A stretch of 64,000 nucleotides of DNA from Azolla caroliniana. Taxonomy: Eukaryota > Plantae > Polypodiophyta. A program made the translations under genes and the position numbers. Location of the stretch: contig JBHGNT010000002.1 of NCBI GenBank assembly GCA_043228905.1, forward strand, positions 21,080,001 to 21,144,000, read 5' to 3'. The notes beneath the pieces are model-generated. The model made no database searches and was not told the DNA's origin. It worked only from the letters and a program-made list of their open reading frames with translations. This document shows positions 25,301 to 38,084 of the stretch, one piece after another (positions within the stretch are counted from its first letter, which is position 1; each line of letters starts with the position of its first letter).

Positions 25301-28300
25301 TCCTATCCCAGTCGGAGTCAAATCTGACTCAACATACATGTAGGGGAAGAAATCGGCAAAGAAGTCCACAAAGAACGGAGAAGTCCTAAGCCAAATCCAA
25401 GTCTAGAGTCAAGCTAGCATGCTTCTATTGTGGAAAGCCTAGACACTTCGAGAGGGACTGACAACACATGATGAAGGACAAAGGTGTCCATAATAATGTC
25501 GAACCCAGGAAGATTCCTGATGAAAAGTGCACATTGGTCGTAGATACAAGTGTTAAGGAGATTTTGTTCATTTGTGAATAGGCAAGCACAAATCTTGCAA
25601 GTGAAGAGTGTACTTGGGTAATCGATTGGGGCAGATCTTTCCACATAAGTCCATCGAGAGAGTGTTTCTTAACTTGCATAGCCGGGGATCATGGCTATGT
25701 AAAGATGGGAGATAATGAGGAGTGCAAGATAGCGGACATAGGAAGTGTAAGCCTGATGACGTCGACAGATTATCGATTTAATATGAGGGAAGTTCGAGAT
25801 GTCCTCGATATCATATTGATTTGATATCGACTGGAAGGCTAGATGATGAAGGCTACAATGGTAGCTTTTGAAATGGCAAGTGGAAGTTCTATCGAGGAAA
25901 CCTCATAGTGGCCCGAGCACAGAAACAGGGCACATTGTATATGATGCATGTCCGACTGTGCAAGTAAAAAATGAACGTGGCAGCCAACTCGAGTGGAGAG
26001 TTAGGGCATAAGAGGCTAGACCATATGAGTTAGAAAGGAATGCATCTACTAGCTGAACAGGAACTTCTACCAGAAGTGAAAGGCGTACACTTGGAGAAGT
26101 GTGTCGGGTGCTTAGTCGGAAAGCAGAACAGAACAACATTCCACTCAAGACCACCGAAAAGAAGAGAAATGCTCTTGGAACTAGTGCACACCGATGTGTG
26201 CTATGTGGAGGCTCCATCACATCGAGGCGGACAGTACTTCGTCACGTTCATCGATGACTACTATAAAAAATTGTGGGCTTTAGTACTAATATCGAAGGAT
26301 CAAGTATTGTCGTTCTTCAAGGAGTTCCAAGCAACGACAGAAAGAGAGTCAAGTCAAAAGTTGAAGGTGGTCCCAACCGACAACGGTGGCGAATATAGAG
26401 GGCATTTCGAAGAATACTGCGAGGCCCAAGGTATTCGAATCGAATACATAGTGCGAAAGACCCCAGCATTGAACATGCTTGTAGAGAGGATGAATCAGAC
26501 GATAATGGAAAGAGTAAGGAGCATGATGTTGCATGCTATACTGGCGAAAATGTATTGGAATGAGACGATGTACACAACTATTTATTTGATCAATAGGTCT
26601 CCCTCAATACCATTGAAAGGTGATGTCCCACATTAGCCCAAAGTCTTTGCGGAGAAAGAGAAAGAGAACCTACTATGTCAACTAAAGAAAATCTTGTATG
26701 GTTCGAAACAAGCTCCATGGCAATGGTATAAGAAGTTCGAGTCCTTCATGTTGGAATATAGGTTCCAGAAAACACAAGTTGATTAGTATGTGTACGTAAA
26801 GAGGTATGATGAGGGTTACTTCCTAATTCTCTTATTATATGTGGATGACATCTTGATAGTCAGACAAGACACGAAGAGGATCGTGAGCTTAAAGAAAGCT
26901 CTAGGCAAGTCGTTTGCAATAAAAGAACTTGGACCCGCTAAACAGATTTTAGGGATGCACATAGTTTGGGACAGAACTAAGAAAGTGTTGTGGTTGTCAC
27001 AAGAGAAGTATGTGACAAAGATCCTAGAAAGATTCAACATGTCGGAAGCAAAGCTAGTCGGCTCTATGTCACCGACCAACTAAGCTAAATGTTAAGCAAT
27101 GCCTAAGGGGTGAAAAAGAAAAGGTTGAGATGAGGAAAGTACGATATGCCTTTAAAGCCGTCGGCAGTTTAATGTATGTTATGGTTTGTACGAGACCATA
27201 CATAGCATTTGCTATGGGGACAGTAAGCCGATATAGGAGTAATCTAGGAAGAGAACATTGGGCAACTATTAAATAGATACTCAGGTACTTGAAAGCCACC
27301 TTTGGGGTATGCCTAAGGTATGGTTGAAGGGTTTACCGACTCGGAAACATTGGGGGACACAAACTCAATTTCATCTACTTCAAGGTACATCATGACTTAT
27401 GCATGGGGAGTAATGTCGTGGCAATCACAACTTCAAAAATATGTGGCCTTGTTGACCATAGAGGCAGAGTATATGGCAGCGGTAGACGCTGGCAAAGAGC
27501 TGATCTGGATGAGAAATTTTCTCAGTGAGTTAGGAATGAAGCAAAGGGAATCCTTGCTTCACTGTGATAGCCACAACCCCATACATCTAGCCAAGAATGC
27601 TATGTACCACTCCTGAACCAAGCACATATAGAGAAGGTATCACTGGTTATGGGAGAGAGTGGAAGATGGAGAGTTTACTCTTGCGAAGATCCATACTGAC
27701 CAAAATGGATACGACATGCTCACAAAGAACCTATCGATGGACAAACTCAAAGTAAGTCGACAAAGGACAAGGATCTCTATTCCCGTGGTTTTCCCTGTTT
27801 AGGGTTTCCACGTAAAACTGTGTACTCTGTGCATTGCCTATTTTTTTGTTCCCGCATTATTGTGCATTTCATCATCGGATTTCCTCACGAATCTCAGTAA
27901 TCGAAGACCAACACGTTTGTAGTTGAAGATTTGGGCAAGAATACTCTTCTATTGTCATGTACTCAAGCAAAAGCTTTGTTGAACGGTAGATGCTCCTAAT
28001 GGGACAAGGATCTTCAAAGATGAGATGAGGCAAGGCGTAGTATGTTAGTTAGGTACTCAATTATATAATGCGCACTAGTGAGGGCATAGTCTATAGTCCT
28101 TCAACACCCAGGTGACTCTCCATCGAAGGTAACTAACTTGTAATTTTAGCTGCTTGATATATTTATTTTCCTAATATATTTATTGTTATGATGAACTCTA
28201 CACATGGTTCACGTCTCTAGATTTTTCTCTTCTTCAACGACACATTGTCTTCCGGCATTCCTCATGATATCTATCCCTTTCATGTATTTCAGTTTATGCT

Positions 28301-30528
28301 TGTAACTAATCTCCCAACCAACTATGGCTAGCAATCAATCGTAAGATTGGTGTCTAAATAGCTCCTAGAAAACAATCTAGAGCAATTGGGTAGCAGTTAC
28401 TATGAAACCCTAAACCCTATTAGGTGAGGGTTACTTGAGAAACCTAGACATCTATCTTCGGGTTTGGGTTAACTTCCTTTGGATATAGAGCGCGATATTA
28501 CACATGTACTCCCAGCCCGTACCTCCTTTAATTCCATGTTCCTAAACCCTAAACCGTAAACCCAAGACATCTGTCTTTGGGTTTGTCTTGACTTCTTTTT
28601 GCTATAAACACTACCTCGACAAACCCTCCACCTAAGAGAGTATTGCATCCCTTGTCAATGTCATAGTACCTGTTATTGAAAGTTGTTCCACACATTGTCA
28701 ATTGCCATCAATGCCATATTATGACTCCAATTTAACATATTTATTATCAATATATACAATTAAATATTCGCATTCATATGTGGTGTGCGTTTATATTACA
28801 CACTAATATGAGGTGTTGAAAAATGTGGTTTGATACAAACAATATGATATGAGGTGATCATGAGTTCTTACCAAAACGATTTTGAGAAGGCCTTTCTCCA
28901 ATCTCCATTATGTTCATGAGCTTGGCCACACCATTCCACGAAGAAGATCAAAGACATTGTGACAATAAATAATGCTCCAATGGTTATCCAAAGTTGCCAA
29001 GAGAAAGGGGAAATGAATGTCCAGAATGAAATATTACTCCTAGGTTGAAGTGGCGCAATCATTTGAAGACTCGATTCTATATATGGCTGGGTAAAGTCTA
29101 CTAACTTTAACCGGTCACTAGTGATCGTCAAATCAGCAACTACTCCATCTACGTCCTATGACCATGCATGCATACAGTGAAAACCAATACAAACGTATTC
29201 CTGGAGCACATAATTAATTAAAACCTTATTAATCCAACTTGTTGTATGCTACGTAAATATCATTATCAAGCAGTGGAAATAATGAGTCGAATTATTCATG
29301 AGCTACATACCTTGGAGATTTACTCACACCGTTTACATCAAAGTTGCCAAGGTATGTCATGGTGCTACGATATTCATCACACTTATTATAGTGCATACAT
29401 TTTTGGCTCTTACTCCATACACTTGTACTTGATTGCACATGTATTTCTTTGAGTAAAAATTTCAATCTTTGGTATTAAATTTGCTCAAACTATTCCTTGG
29501 ACCATTCTACACAAGGATTACTAACAAAGTTACTTTATCTCTTCGAAGTGAGCACATCGTACTCTCTTGAGAGTAGCTTTTCCATACAATACAACAAAAC
29601 CAATTATTCACCGAATAAGCCTCTCATATTTGACTTATTTGGCGCTAAGAAATATAGATCTTGCACAATTAATCAAATAGATCTTACAAGAATAACTAGA
29701 AAACATTACCTTGGCCAACCGATGCTTGAATAGTATATCATGGAATGTCAAAATAATTTTAGCGATGCTAAAAATTACTTTTAAAACACTCATATGTATT
29801 GGAGTTCAAACTCTTGTCCACTGGATCAAACCCTCAATTATAGATGGAATTATCAACAATTTGTTAGTGCCTATGTCAATCTTTGAACGAGATTCCATGG
29901 TAAGGGGTATGATATTAGGACAATCTTAGTAATTTGTTACATATAATCTCGAGGTATTTTATGGACTTAGATATTAGTTTCTCCCTGTCTAGCCATGACA
30001 TCCTACTTGAGGATTGCCACAATCCCTTATGTCTTTTCTATCATTAATGTGCACGTAGAAATTCTTGCTAACATAAATATAAACACATTATCGAGGTCCA
30101 TTTATCATAAATGATTAACCTTAAGCGATTGATTTTTACGAAAATTAAGTGTCATTACTACAACAAAAACAAAAAAAAATTAGGTATAGCTAATGTAATA
30201 CCTTAGAGACAAGCTTTTGCACAAGGTCATTATAGGTTGGGTCTACAAGGCCATCTCCATAGCCAATTAATGTGTAATTAATACGATAATTAAGCTTCTC
30301 AACGCATTCTTGAAACACATTGATGGCGAAGCCGGAGAAATTGACGACGGAGTTGGGCGTGACCGGTATCTCAGACGATTGCCAACTCACAAACTCTTCG
30401 AATCCAAGTTTGAGAGGAACAAGGATCTTCAAGTTGGAGGAATTGGTCGCGTGCGCAGTCGGAAATTCAGGGGAGAAGAAGATGGCAAGCACTAGGAGAG
30501 CCGTGATGAGGCGCATCGGAGCATACAT
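22323..30528 (-). CDS. GLR: Glutamate receptor-like channel, copy 1, lacking the amino-terminal domain (~457 aa). Exons 30528-30202, 29155-28872, 23328-23297, 23147-22741, 22646-22323
   Basis: The spliced frame is open (327+284+32+407+324 = 1374 nt) with GT-AG introns at GLR-typical positions, including the 32-nt pore-loop exon. Segments in order: signal peptide MYAPMRLITALLVLAIFF..AHA; S1 LKILVP..GFEEFV..GFAINVF..YNDLVQ/DGVVADLTITSDR..VDFTQPY; M1 FSWQLWITIGALF; pore W-LTAMAIFFSH; M3 VWLVFVLIFSSSYIASLSSIL; S2 GCQEGSF..IIDESPY..GGFAFAFQKNSPL..KWL; M4 YGGLFIVIAV. Confidence 0.93.
23745..27913 (+). mobile_element. Copia element in GLR copy 1 intron 2 (5' LTR 23745-24692, PBS 24696-24707, internally deleted, PPT and most of the 3' LTR deleted)
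   Basis: PBS TGGTATCAGAGC; gag, zinc knuckle, IN (LELVHTDVC..FVTFIDD..TDNGGEY), RT (LLYVDDILI), RH (EAEYMA). Confidence 0.92.
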
Positions 30529-30594
30529 GGTCGGGGGATGAGAATGAAGGCCCCAACGGGTGGCCAAGTGTGAACTGAGGGGGTGGAAGGGACG

Positions 30595-30683
30595 AGGGAG
30601 AGAGAGAGAGAGAGAGAGGGGTTTATATATGTAATAATGTATGTATACATACACATATACATAATATATATCATGTATATGTA

Positions 30684-30722
<39 letters not shown>

Positions 30723-30725
30723 CAG
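30595..30725 (-). promoter_or_regulatory. Core promoter of GLR copy 1: TATA box (TATATAAA, 30629-30622), (CT)n pyrimidine tract and upstream (TACATA)n microsatellite
   Basis: The TATA box is ~94 nt upstream of the ATG at 30528 and is followed by a CT repeat, a typical plant core-promoter/5'UTR layout. Confidence 0.65.
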
Positions 30726-33700
30726 AATGAGCAAGTCATGGTCTATTGCTCAGAGAGGATCATCTGGAGAGAATCATGCATTTTGGTCAATCCTTCGCTG
30801 TAAGGATGGATTGATGTGTCGCTGCTAGAACCAGGAGATTCTGATTGAGCTCTCCTCGTTCGTAAGGTCATCTAAAGGGGAGACCCACAGATCGTGCACT
30901 GCTCAATCGCCATTCAACTCATTGAAAAATTTAATCTGCACAGACTCATTATATTCAAACCTCTTTTTCAGGAAATTATGTAGAGAGGAATTCTTTTGAA
31001 CATCATCTGTGCGCACTACCCTCTGTATATGTGTTGACCTTGAGGAGATTCCTACCCAGCATATTCTTCGTATTTTTTTGTTCTTTTTGGGGGGGTATTG
31101 TATCGTCTCCCATGATCCATCCTTTTTCCATAACTTCAATAACAACATAACATACAATATGCAATTTTATTTGTCTAATCTACGAAATCTAAATAACATA
31201 ATTTGGATTAGGTTTTTTTTCCACATTTTTTATGGTTTTTTTTTTCATCATCTATCGTTTTGACCATATTTGCATTACTCTACTTAATATATATGGAAAA
31301 TGAAGTATAAATCAAGCAAAATGTAATTTGCAATATAATGAGATAAATGTCAAAGGCCTACTCTACTTAATCTATCATTCATAAAGTAATGGAAAGCAAC
31401 ATTATCCGTAATATAGTTTAGGGGAGTACAACCCCTTTTATTTATAGTTCTTCATTTCCTTTTCTTGAAGTGTTCCTATTACTCCTCCGTTAGTAGTTAC
31501 CATTAAAATTTGAGCTACATATAGAACTAGATGGTGAGGAATGTCAAATGGAAATAAAATGACAAGTCGCAATGATGAAGAGCTTATGCCAATGTTTATA
31601 TGTATATAAATTAATGCATTTATATTTCTATGATTGTATGCAAATGATTGTAAAAAATGTGCGTGTGTGATTGTTATATGCATGTGTAAATGAATGAATG
31701 TATGCATTTGTATAAATTAATGATTGTATGTTTATATATGTACAAAGTACAATTGTAAGTATGTTTATGATTTTATGCATGTATTAAATGTTTCTATATG
31801 GCAAATGACTTCTCAAATTTGGCCTTTACATATTCTTTGTTCCCATATAACTTCATTGCTTCATAAAGTTACAAAGTATAGTGAAGCTTGGGGATGAAGT
31901 TTTGGAGAGGACATTCATGCCATCATCTAGACAACCTTCAACCTTCTTATTTCCATTACCGGGTATAGTAGTGCTCCAACTCAAAGCTTCTAAGGTGCAT
32001 ATTGTTGCACAATGCCAATGGTCCTCTCATATTTTCCAATGTAGTGTAGGCTAGGCTTGAAGCCTTGGAGATTTATGTCATGGCATTGTCCAAACTATTC
32101 CAAGGGATCTCGTTTTCACACATGTTCTTATCTTTAGCCTTATCATTGGGCACTTCACGATCAAATGATGCGAAGTGTTCTACACCACACTTACACCCTT
32201 GTTATAATCTTCATGTCCCAATGCATGGACCATTGTATTGACCACCTTCTTTCCTTTTATATTATCATCAAGCATTCTAATTCACGAGAAAAATATATCC
32301 AATATCTCAAAGGTACTTGGGACTTCATTGTTAAATTGTAATGTGCGTGTGTATGGTAATGGACACATGCACATTATACAGGTTATTTATGATTTCATAT
32401 ATATGTACACATTACCACAATCATATACAAACATCCATATAATAATTTATTCATTAACACATTCATGCACGTACATTTATACACTCGTACACATAGATAC
32501 CTTACGTTTAACAATTCAATTATAAACTAGCATACATATATTCAAACTAACATTTATACACAAGATTCTCATTCATACATGCACATTCAGTCATACACAT
32601 ACATACTAAAATTGTTTATGTACGTGTTTTAGGTATTATGGAGCTTATGTTGGAGAAATTACCATCAACCATCCCAACACTTATATTCTCCATATAGTTG
32701 CACGATGGTATCGGGGTATACAGATGAGGATATAACATCACACTTGGCTCTCTTACAAATGCTCGAGTATGATGACCTCCGTAAGTGCTTCTCTGATGCC
32801 ATTGCAAACACAAACTAGGAGGACAACTCAAGTACAACCACCAGCACCAGAACCATCACCAAAACCAAGAACACGTATAGGCACCGTCAAGGGCACTTCC
32901 TACATTGTTATCATGTTGCAAATAATGCAATAAGGTTTGATTGAAAGATCCAACTAGACTGACTTGACAAGATGGAGGGTCTTGAAAGGTTTGTATGTCA
33001 AGAAACATTAGCCATATTTTAGTCCATAGTTTCTTGATTATCTTGCTTTATTTTGTTAGGACATACTAGAGGTGTACCAAAGGTCGTAACCAGTTTGACT
33101 TCTAGCATGGGCTGAAACCTACAACTGGTGGGTTTACAAATACATCATCAACTTCCACACGATCACGCGTGACTCTAAGAATTGATTGTAATCTTGACAA
33201 GAGCCTTGATGGGATTTCTCTAGGAGTTAGGGTTTTGTTTAAAAGAGTTAGATGACCTTGTGGAGTCATACCTCCCTCAAATAGAGAGACCCATTGAAAG
33301 AGTTCATAAAGGTTTTCACATGCTCTCAATGTCATAACATGATCCTATAATAAACACGTTCGCGTTCAGAAGTGGAAGGATAGTGCATTCCATTTTTAGA
33401 TTCTTTTTATAATTTTGCAAATTTATGCAATATATAGAAACTTGTTACATTAGTATCACATGTTCGTCAACCCATATAGAATTTGCTAAATTATTAATAG
33501 TTAACAAGTTTTAAAGTAAAAAACATGTATTCTTTGAATATTTATAAAGTTGATGATCTCTGAATACAAAATTTAATTAAAATTAAGAATATGACAATTG
33601 TTTATTCAATTGAAATGCTATATTATGTAATATGCAAAGTTGGTTGAAATATTGAGAAAATCATGAGCTCCAGACATAAAATGTAATTAAATTACAGGTT

Positions 33701-33976
33701 ACGCACATGGTGTATACAACATTTGATAGCTATAGTTAGTGATTATGCATTATGCACTCTAATACTTAGTGAATGCGGCCCGATATAATACCTTACTCTA
33801 ATGTTAGTAAGAAAGAAGAAAATCAAACATATGGACACTATGGACATAAAGTCCATGTGAAATATCATCTAGAGTTTTCCCAATACACACACATGAATGA
33901 GGACATCCATACACATGTATCATATAGTGGATACACTTGGAGACTCATTATGGTCACACCCAAAAGTATGGCTTAC

Positions 33977-34630
33977 CAAACAAGGTTCTCTACACCATGA
34001 CAACGAGATCTCAACGCTTGAGCCATAGAATATCTTTGGTCCATGCTATGAAAGACCACTATTCTCCACAAGCTCGTTTTGGTCAACTTTTGCGAAATCC
34101 TTCACCATTTTCTCCAATTGTTTGAACCTAAATGGTTAATCATCATAAGAAGATCCGACCATATATTAATCGTATGGAATATCCACAATGAGTAACGTGT
34201 AATGCTTGTTTGGCAACTTCTGGATCATCTTCGGCACATCACCATAGTACACATTATAATACAATTCTTGGGTGATATCATTTTTGTGGCTAAACTTCTT
34301 GAAAGTTCCGTAATCGTCCACATCGAATGCCTTCATTAAGCACCGATTGTTTTGTTTCTGTGCTCTTTCAAGATGGGCAAGAAAGGAAGCTGGAAAATCA
34401 TGTTTGTCTTTGACTTCTCCAGGCTTCTTGCTATGACATGGTTTCTATGTGAAACAACAAAAGAAGTAACTCATACATTGTTCACATATGTAATAAACTA
34501 GAATGGCAAATTTCAAATATGTAATACTAACCCAATCCTTAAAAGCAATAAAATTTTCCGATAACTCCTTGTATGAAGATGTAATCGAATACTCTTCAGT
34601 CACTTGTTCTCATGTTAAGCAACCAAGTGT
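33977..34630 (-). pseudogene. Beta-class N6A/N4C DNA methyltransferase-like, N-terminal catalytic half (2 exon remnants), copy in unit A
   Basis: VYYGDVPKMIQKLPNKHYTLLIVDIPY (motif IV at 34183-34172) ..FKQLEKMVKDFAK..LWRIVVFHS..NLVW|GTAAG. Intron 34531-34445 (GT..AG). Contains stops and a frameshift. Confidence 0.7.
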
Positions 34631-34739
34631 TGCCGGTTAGGAACATGGCCTACCCTCAGTCCTTCGGGGTACGTATCAAGGTGATCGTGGTACAGGGTAG
34701 GAAATTGCATAGCGTGTGGAACGTACTGAGTTAGAGCAT

Positions 34740-35002
34740 TGTGGTGAAAATACGACGAGGATACGTGAACTTGAGGTAGGACCCCAGGGCTTCCGACCAA
34801 AGGATATCAGTGCGTTTATACTTTTAACAATTAACGGAAATGAGAAAATATTGTAATTTTTCATTAGCAAAGGAAAAGAAAATTACAATATTTCTCATTT
34901 CCGTTAATTGTTAAAAGTATAAACGCATGAATCTCATATCCTTTGGTCGGAGGACCCGGGGTCCTACCTCAAGTTCACGACACTCGTCGTATTTTTGCAA
35001 CA
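34740..35002. repeat. Fold-back (head-to-head) LTR ends forming a ~260-bp inverted repeat, followed by PBS-Trp (35007-35024)
   Basis: The ~120-bp arms are reverse complements and both match the U5 end of LTR 59181-60240. Confidence 0.9.
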
Positions 35003-35172
35003 TCTTTGGTGAACCCGACGTGAAACAAGGCGGTAGGAGTGGGAGTGGGAGAATACCTTGTCAAGTCTATAAAACTTTTTGCATGAATGTCACTGTAAGA
35101 TTAGGGTCATTATGGATATTAGGATAAGTTAGGAAGACTTGAGGCTTTATTGTTTGACGTATTACCTACTAA

Positions 35173-35577
35173 ATGCATTTGTACAAGGCATTCATCTCCA
35201 ATATCCTTCTGCGACCTTTGGCATATTACAAATATTGGGTCGCCGATAGAAGGCATTCATCTCTTTTTGAACATAGTCCATGTGATTGAATGGTTAGTGT
35301 GGTTGAACATCTTTTTGTGGGCTACTACGATGCAATTACGAAGAGAAGGCTTGGGCACATGTCAATGTAAAAAATGTTGTCAACTACATCATGCACCCAT
35401 CGTTGACAAAGAAGCTACGCCATGTATCTAGCGATAAGAGCCTGTTGGTGAACCCCTACCAAAAGCCACAAAGATTAATCAACCGCCTCATGGAGCTATT
35501 TTCAATTTTAGATTTGTTTTCTAGCACATGTATATAATATAAAACTTTTCATATCAATTTAGATTAACGTATAGTCC
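35173..35577 (+). pseudogene. Beta-class DNA methyltransferase-like C-terminal exon fragment (duplicate of 36651-37048)
   Basis: ..VEHLFVGYY..VNPYQKPQRLINRLMELFS-ILDLFSST|GT. Confidence 0.7.
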
Positions 35578-35589
35578 AAATACAACAAT

Positions 35590-36650
35590 TGCCGGGGAAG
35601 ACCAGCCCGTAATCACCCTTCATTCTCCAAGTCGTTGTCCGCGTTGGTGTTGTCGTCACCATCGTCTAGGCTTGCCAGGTCCAGTTCGTCCTCGTGTCGC
35701 TTCTTAAATACTTTGATCCTCTTCCCTGCTACTGGCACATCTATCCGCATCCTCTCAAGCTCCACGAGATGGTACATGCCATTGTCGTTAGCGCTCGTCA
35801 CGACGTAGGGCCCGAACCACCTCTTCGCAAATTTTCGCACTGTTTTGTGCTGATTGTTGAGGTTGTTGTCATATACCAGCAGCCAATCGCCTTCTTCAAT
35901 CTCCTTCGGCCGGAGCCGGTGTGTCCGATCGAACCGGGCCTTGTTCCTTCCCCGTGTTGTGCGCAACTTCTCCCTTGCTCGCTCTACGTCCTCTGGTCTC
36001 CGTTCAAGCTGTCGAATCAACGCCGCCAATAGCTCTTCCCGGCTCATTTCGTTCCTCCAATCCACCGCGGCCCACGAAGTGATTGCCCGCTCCACCAACA
36101 TAATCGGTTTATGCCCGTACATCAACTCCGCCGGCATGAACCCAGTCACCAAACTGTGCGCCAGTCTGCCCACAATGCATAAGGTAGAAGCCGCGGCCAA
36201 TTCCCAACCTGTCCTTCACACGCTCGCACCAACGCCTTCACGATTGGGCCTTGCCCTCGTTCCACCTTCCCGTTCGCCTCTGGGTTGTATGCCGTAGTGA
36301 GGGAGAGCTTGACCCCGAACCGGTTGAACAACTCTTCGACTTCCTGCGCGTCCAGCTCCCCCCAATCTGCCACAATCTTTCCTACGCACCCGTACCAGCA
36401 CACCACCTCCTTAATCAGGAATCGGCATACCGCCAAAGTCGTCTTATTCTGCAGTGCGCGGACCTCCACTTGGTTCTTCAAGTCTTCTCGGGCCAGTACC
36501 AAGTACCGCATCTGTCCTACCCCCATCGACATCGTCACCAAATCTACCATCCACTTGAAATGGACGGTTGGCGGGTAGGTCGGGTGTAGCTCGTCTCGAT
36601 GCCAGATCATGGAGTGCATCTGGCAACTTTCGCACGTCGTCACGAACCAG
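35590..36650 (-). mobile_element. Gypsy integrase fragment (same family as 58120-59116)
   Basis: CESCQ..KWMVDLV..LAREDLKNQVE..TTAYNPEANGKVERG..KRWFGPY. Confidence 0.85.
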
Positions 36651-37446
36651 TGCATTTGTACAAGGCATTCATCTTCAATATCCTTCGGCAACCTTCGACA
36701 TATTAAACATATTGGGTCACCGATAGAAGGCATTCATCTCTTTTTGAACATAGTCCGGGTGATCGAATGGTTAGTGTGGTTGAACATCTTTTTGTGGGGT
36801 ACTACGATGCAATTACGAAGAAGAAGGCTTGGGCACATGTGAATGAAAGAAATATGTACATCTTGTGCCCAGCGGTAACAAAGAAGTTATGCCATGTATC
36901 TAGCGATAAGAGCCTGTTGGTGAACCCCTACCAAAAACCACAAAGATTAATCAACCGCCTCATCGACCTATTTGAATTTTAGATTTGTTTTCTGGCACAT
37001 GTATATAATATAAAACTTGTCACATCAATTTAGATTAACGTATAGTCTATTCTTTAGTTTGTTTGAACATGTGTAGTTTCATACTACTATTAGGTACTAC
37101 CACAATATGCACATTAAAGATGTTCAAGAACTCTGTTCCATTAGAGAAGGACCCTGAGCAGGTTAACATCATCAAAATGAGGATCCAAGGTATCTAGGAT
37201 TGTCCTTATCAAGACCAAGAAGTTGGGGCAAAGCAGATCAATGAAATAGATATGTTCCAGATGACTTCTAGAGAACCAATGGAACCTATAGATGAAAAAG
37301 CAAGGGATCTTGTGAACTTAGAAGGTGTGTCAAAGCCCTAACATACTAAAGATTCTATTGAGCTTATTGATGAAGCCAATGAGGACAATCCTGATCAAAT
37401 AGCTAATCTTGAAGAGCCTCCCTTACCGGAGTTACTATTGGATTGA
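36651..37446 (+). pseudogene. Beta-class N6A/N4C DNA methyltransferase-like C-terminal half (2 exons, intron 37001-37093)
   Basis: RMVSVVEHLFVGYY..VNPYQKPQRLINRLIDLF (motif X), then ILDLFSGT/xTTTICTLKMFKNSVPLEKDPEQVNIIKMRI (motifs I-II, SAM binding), then an acidic tail. Contains stops and frameshifts. Confidence 0.8.
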
Positions 37447-38084
37447 ATGCATATGGCTTATTCTAAAGTTTGAACAATATTAATTGTTAATTTAAGTTTG
37501 GTGTAATATATAATTTGAGCTTATTTCTAATTTGCGAGTAACACTTATTGAACTTAGAGTTTAAGTATAATTTTTATGTGTATATGTTGGACTCTAAAGT
37601 CTACATTATCATTTGGGGTATTCACTTGATAAATTTATACTCTGTCATTTGTTCGTATGATTTGGAAGTTATTGCAACCTAGTTTATTTTTACATTAACA
37701 ATGTCATGTGTCACGTGTCAATGGAATATTTCTCTCAACATAGTAACATCTCTTAATTGTAACATTCACAAATTGCTTTAAGATTTATTATATATAAATA
37801 TACACACAAAATTAGAAGAAGAAACTTATTTAGTGGGGTATGACTTTTAGATTATGCACAATGACTAGTGATACAATTTTACTTGCATTGACTTCCATAC
37901 CATACACTAGATTTGGTAAAAAGCATGGTAGACAGAATATATGCTTGATGATTTTGTTGTCATGATATTATTTAGTTCTATTTTTCGTTATGTTTCACGA
38001 AACCATGTACACATGCATCGAGCCTTTTTGAAATTCTACTAAAATAAGGCATTTTTTAACATCTCACCAACATATGAAAAAGAG

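Larger units (their letters stand above)
21401..35039. repeat. Tandem duplication unit A (GLR copy 1, upstream region, MTase fragment, fold-back LTR)
   Basis: Collinear with 38148-52224 (offset 16747 to ~17185). Confidence 0.95.

Noticed and set aside
28400-28600. Interstitial telomere
   Set aside because: Only a few scattered AAACCCT motifs within an intronic repeat.
30529-30654. N-terminal extension of the GLR from the ORF track (MYVYIHYY...)
   Set aside because: It runs through the microsatellite, TATA box and CT tract and is not conserved in frame in copy 2. The real start is probably 30528 (or 30516).
30900-33340. Short ORFs upstream of the GLR (and their copies at 48000-50500) as genes or missing ATD exons
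   Set aside because: They are AT-rich and low-complexity with no LIVBP-like motifs. Their conservation between copies only reflects the recent duplication.
33977-37446. N- and C-terminal MTase halves as one gene split by an inversion
   Set aside because: The halves appear to overlap around the conserved Trp with different sequences (ALRSRCHGVENLVW vs GIHLQYPSATF..YWV), so they look like different paralogs.
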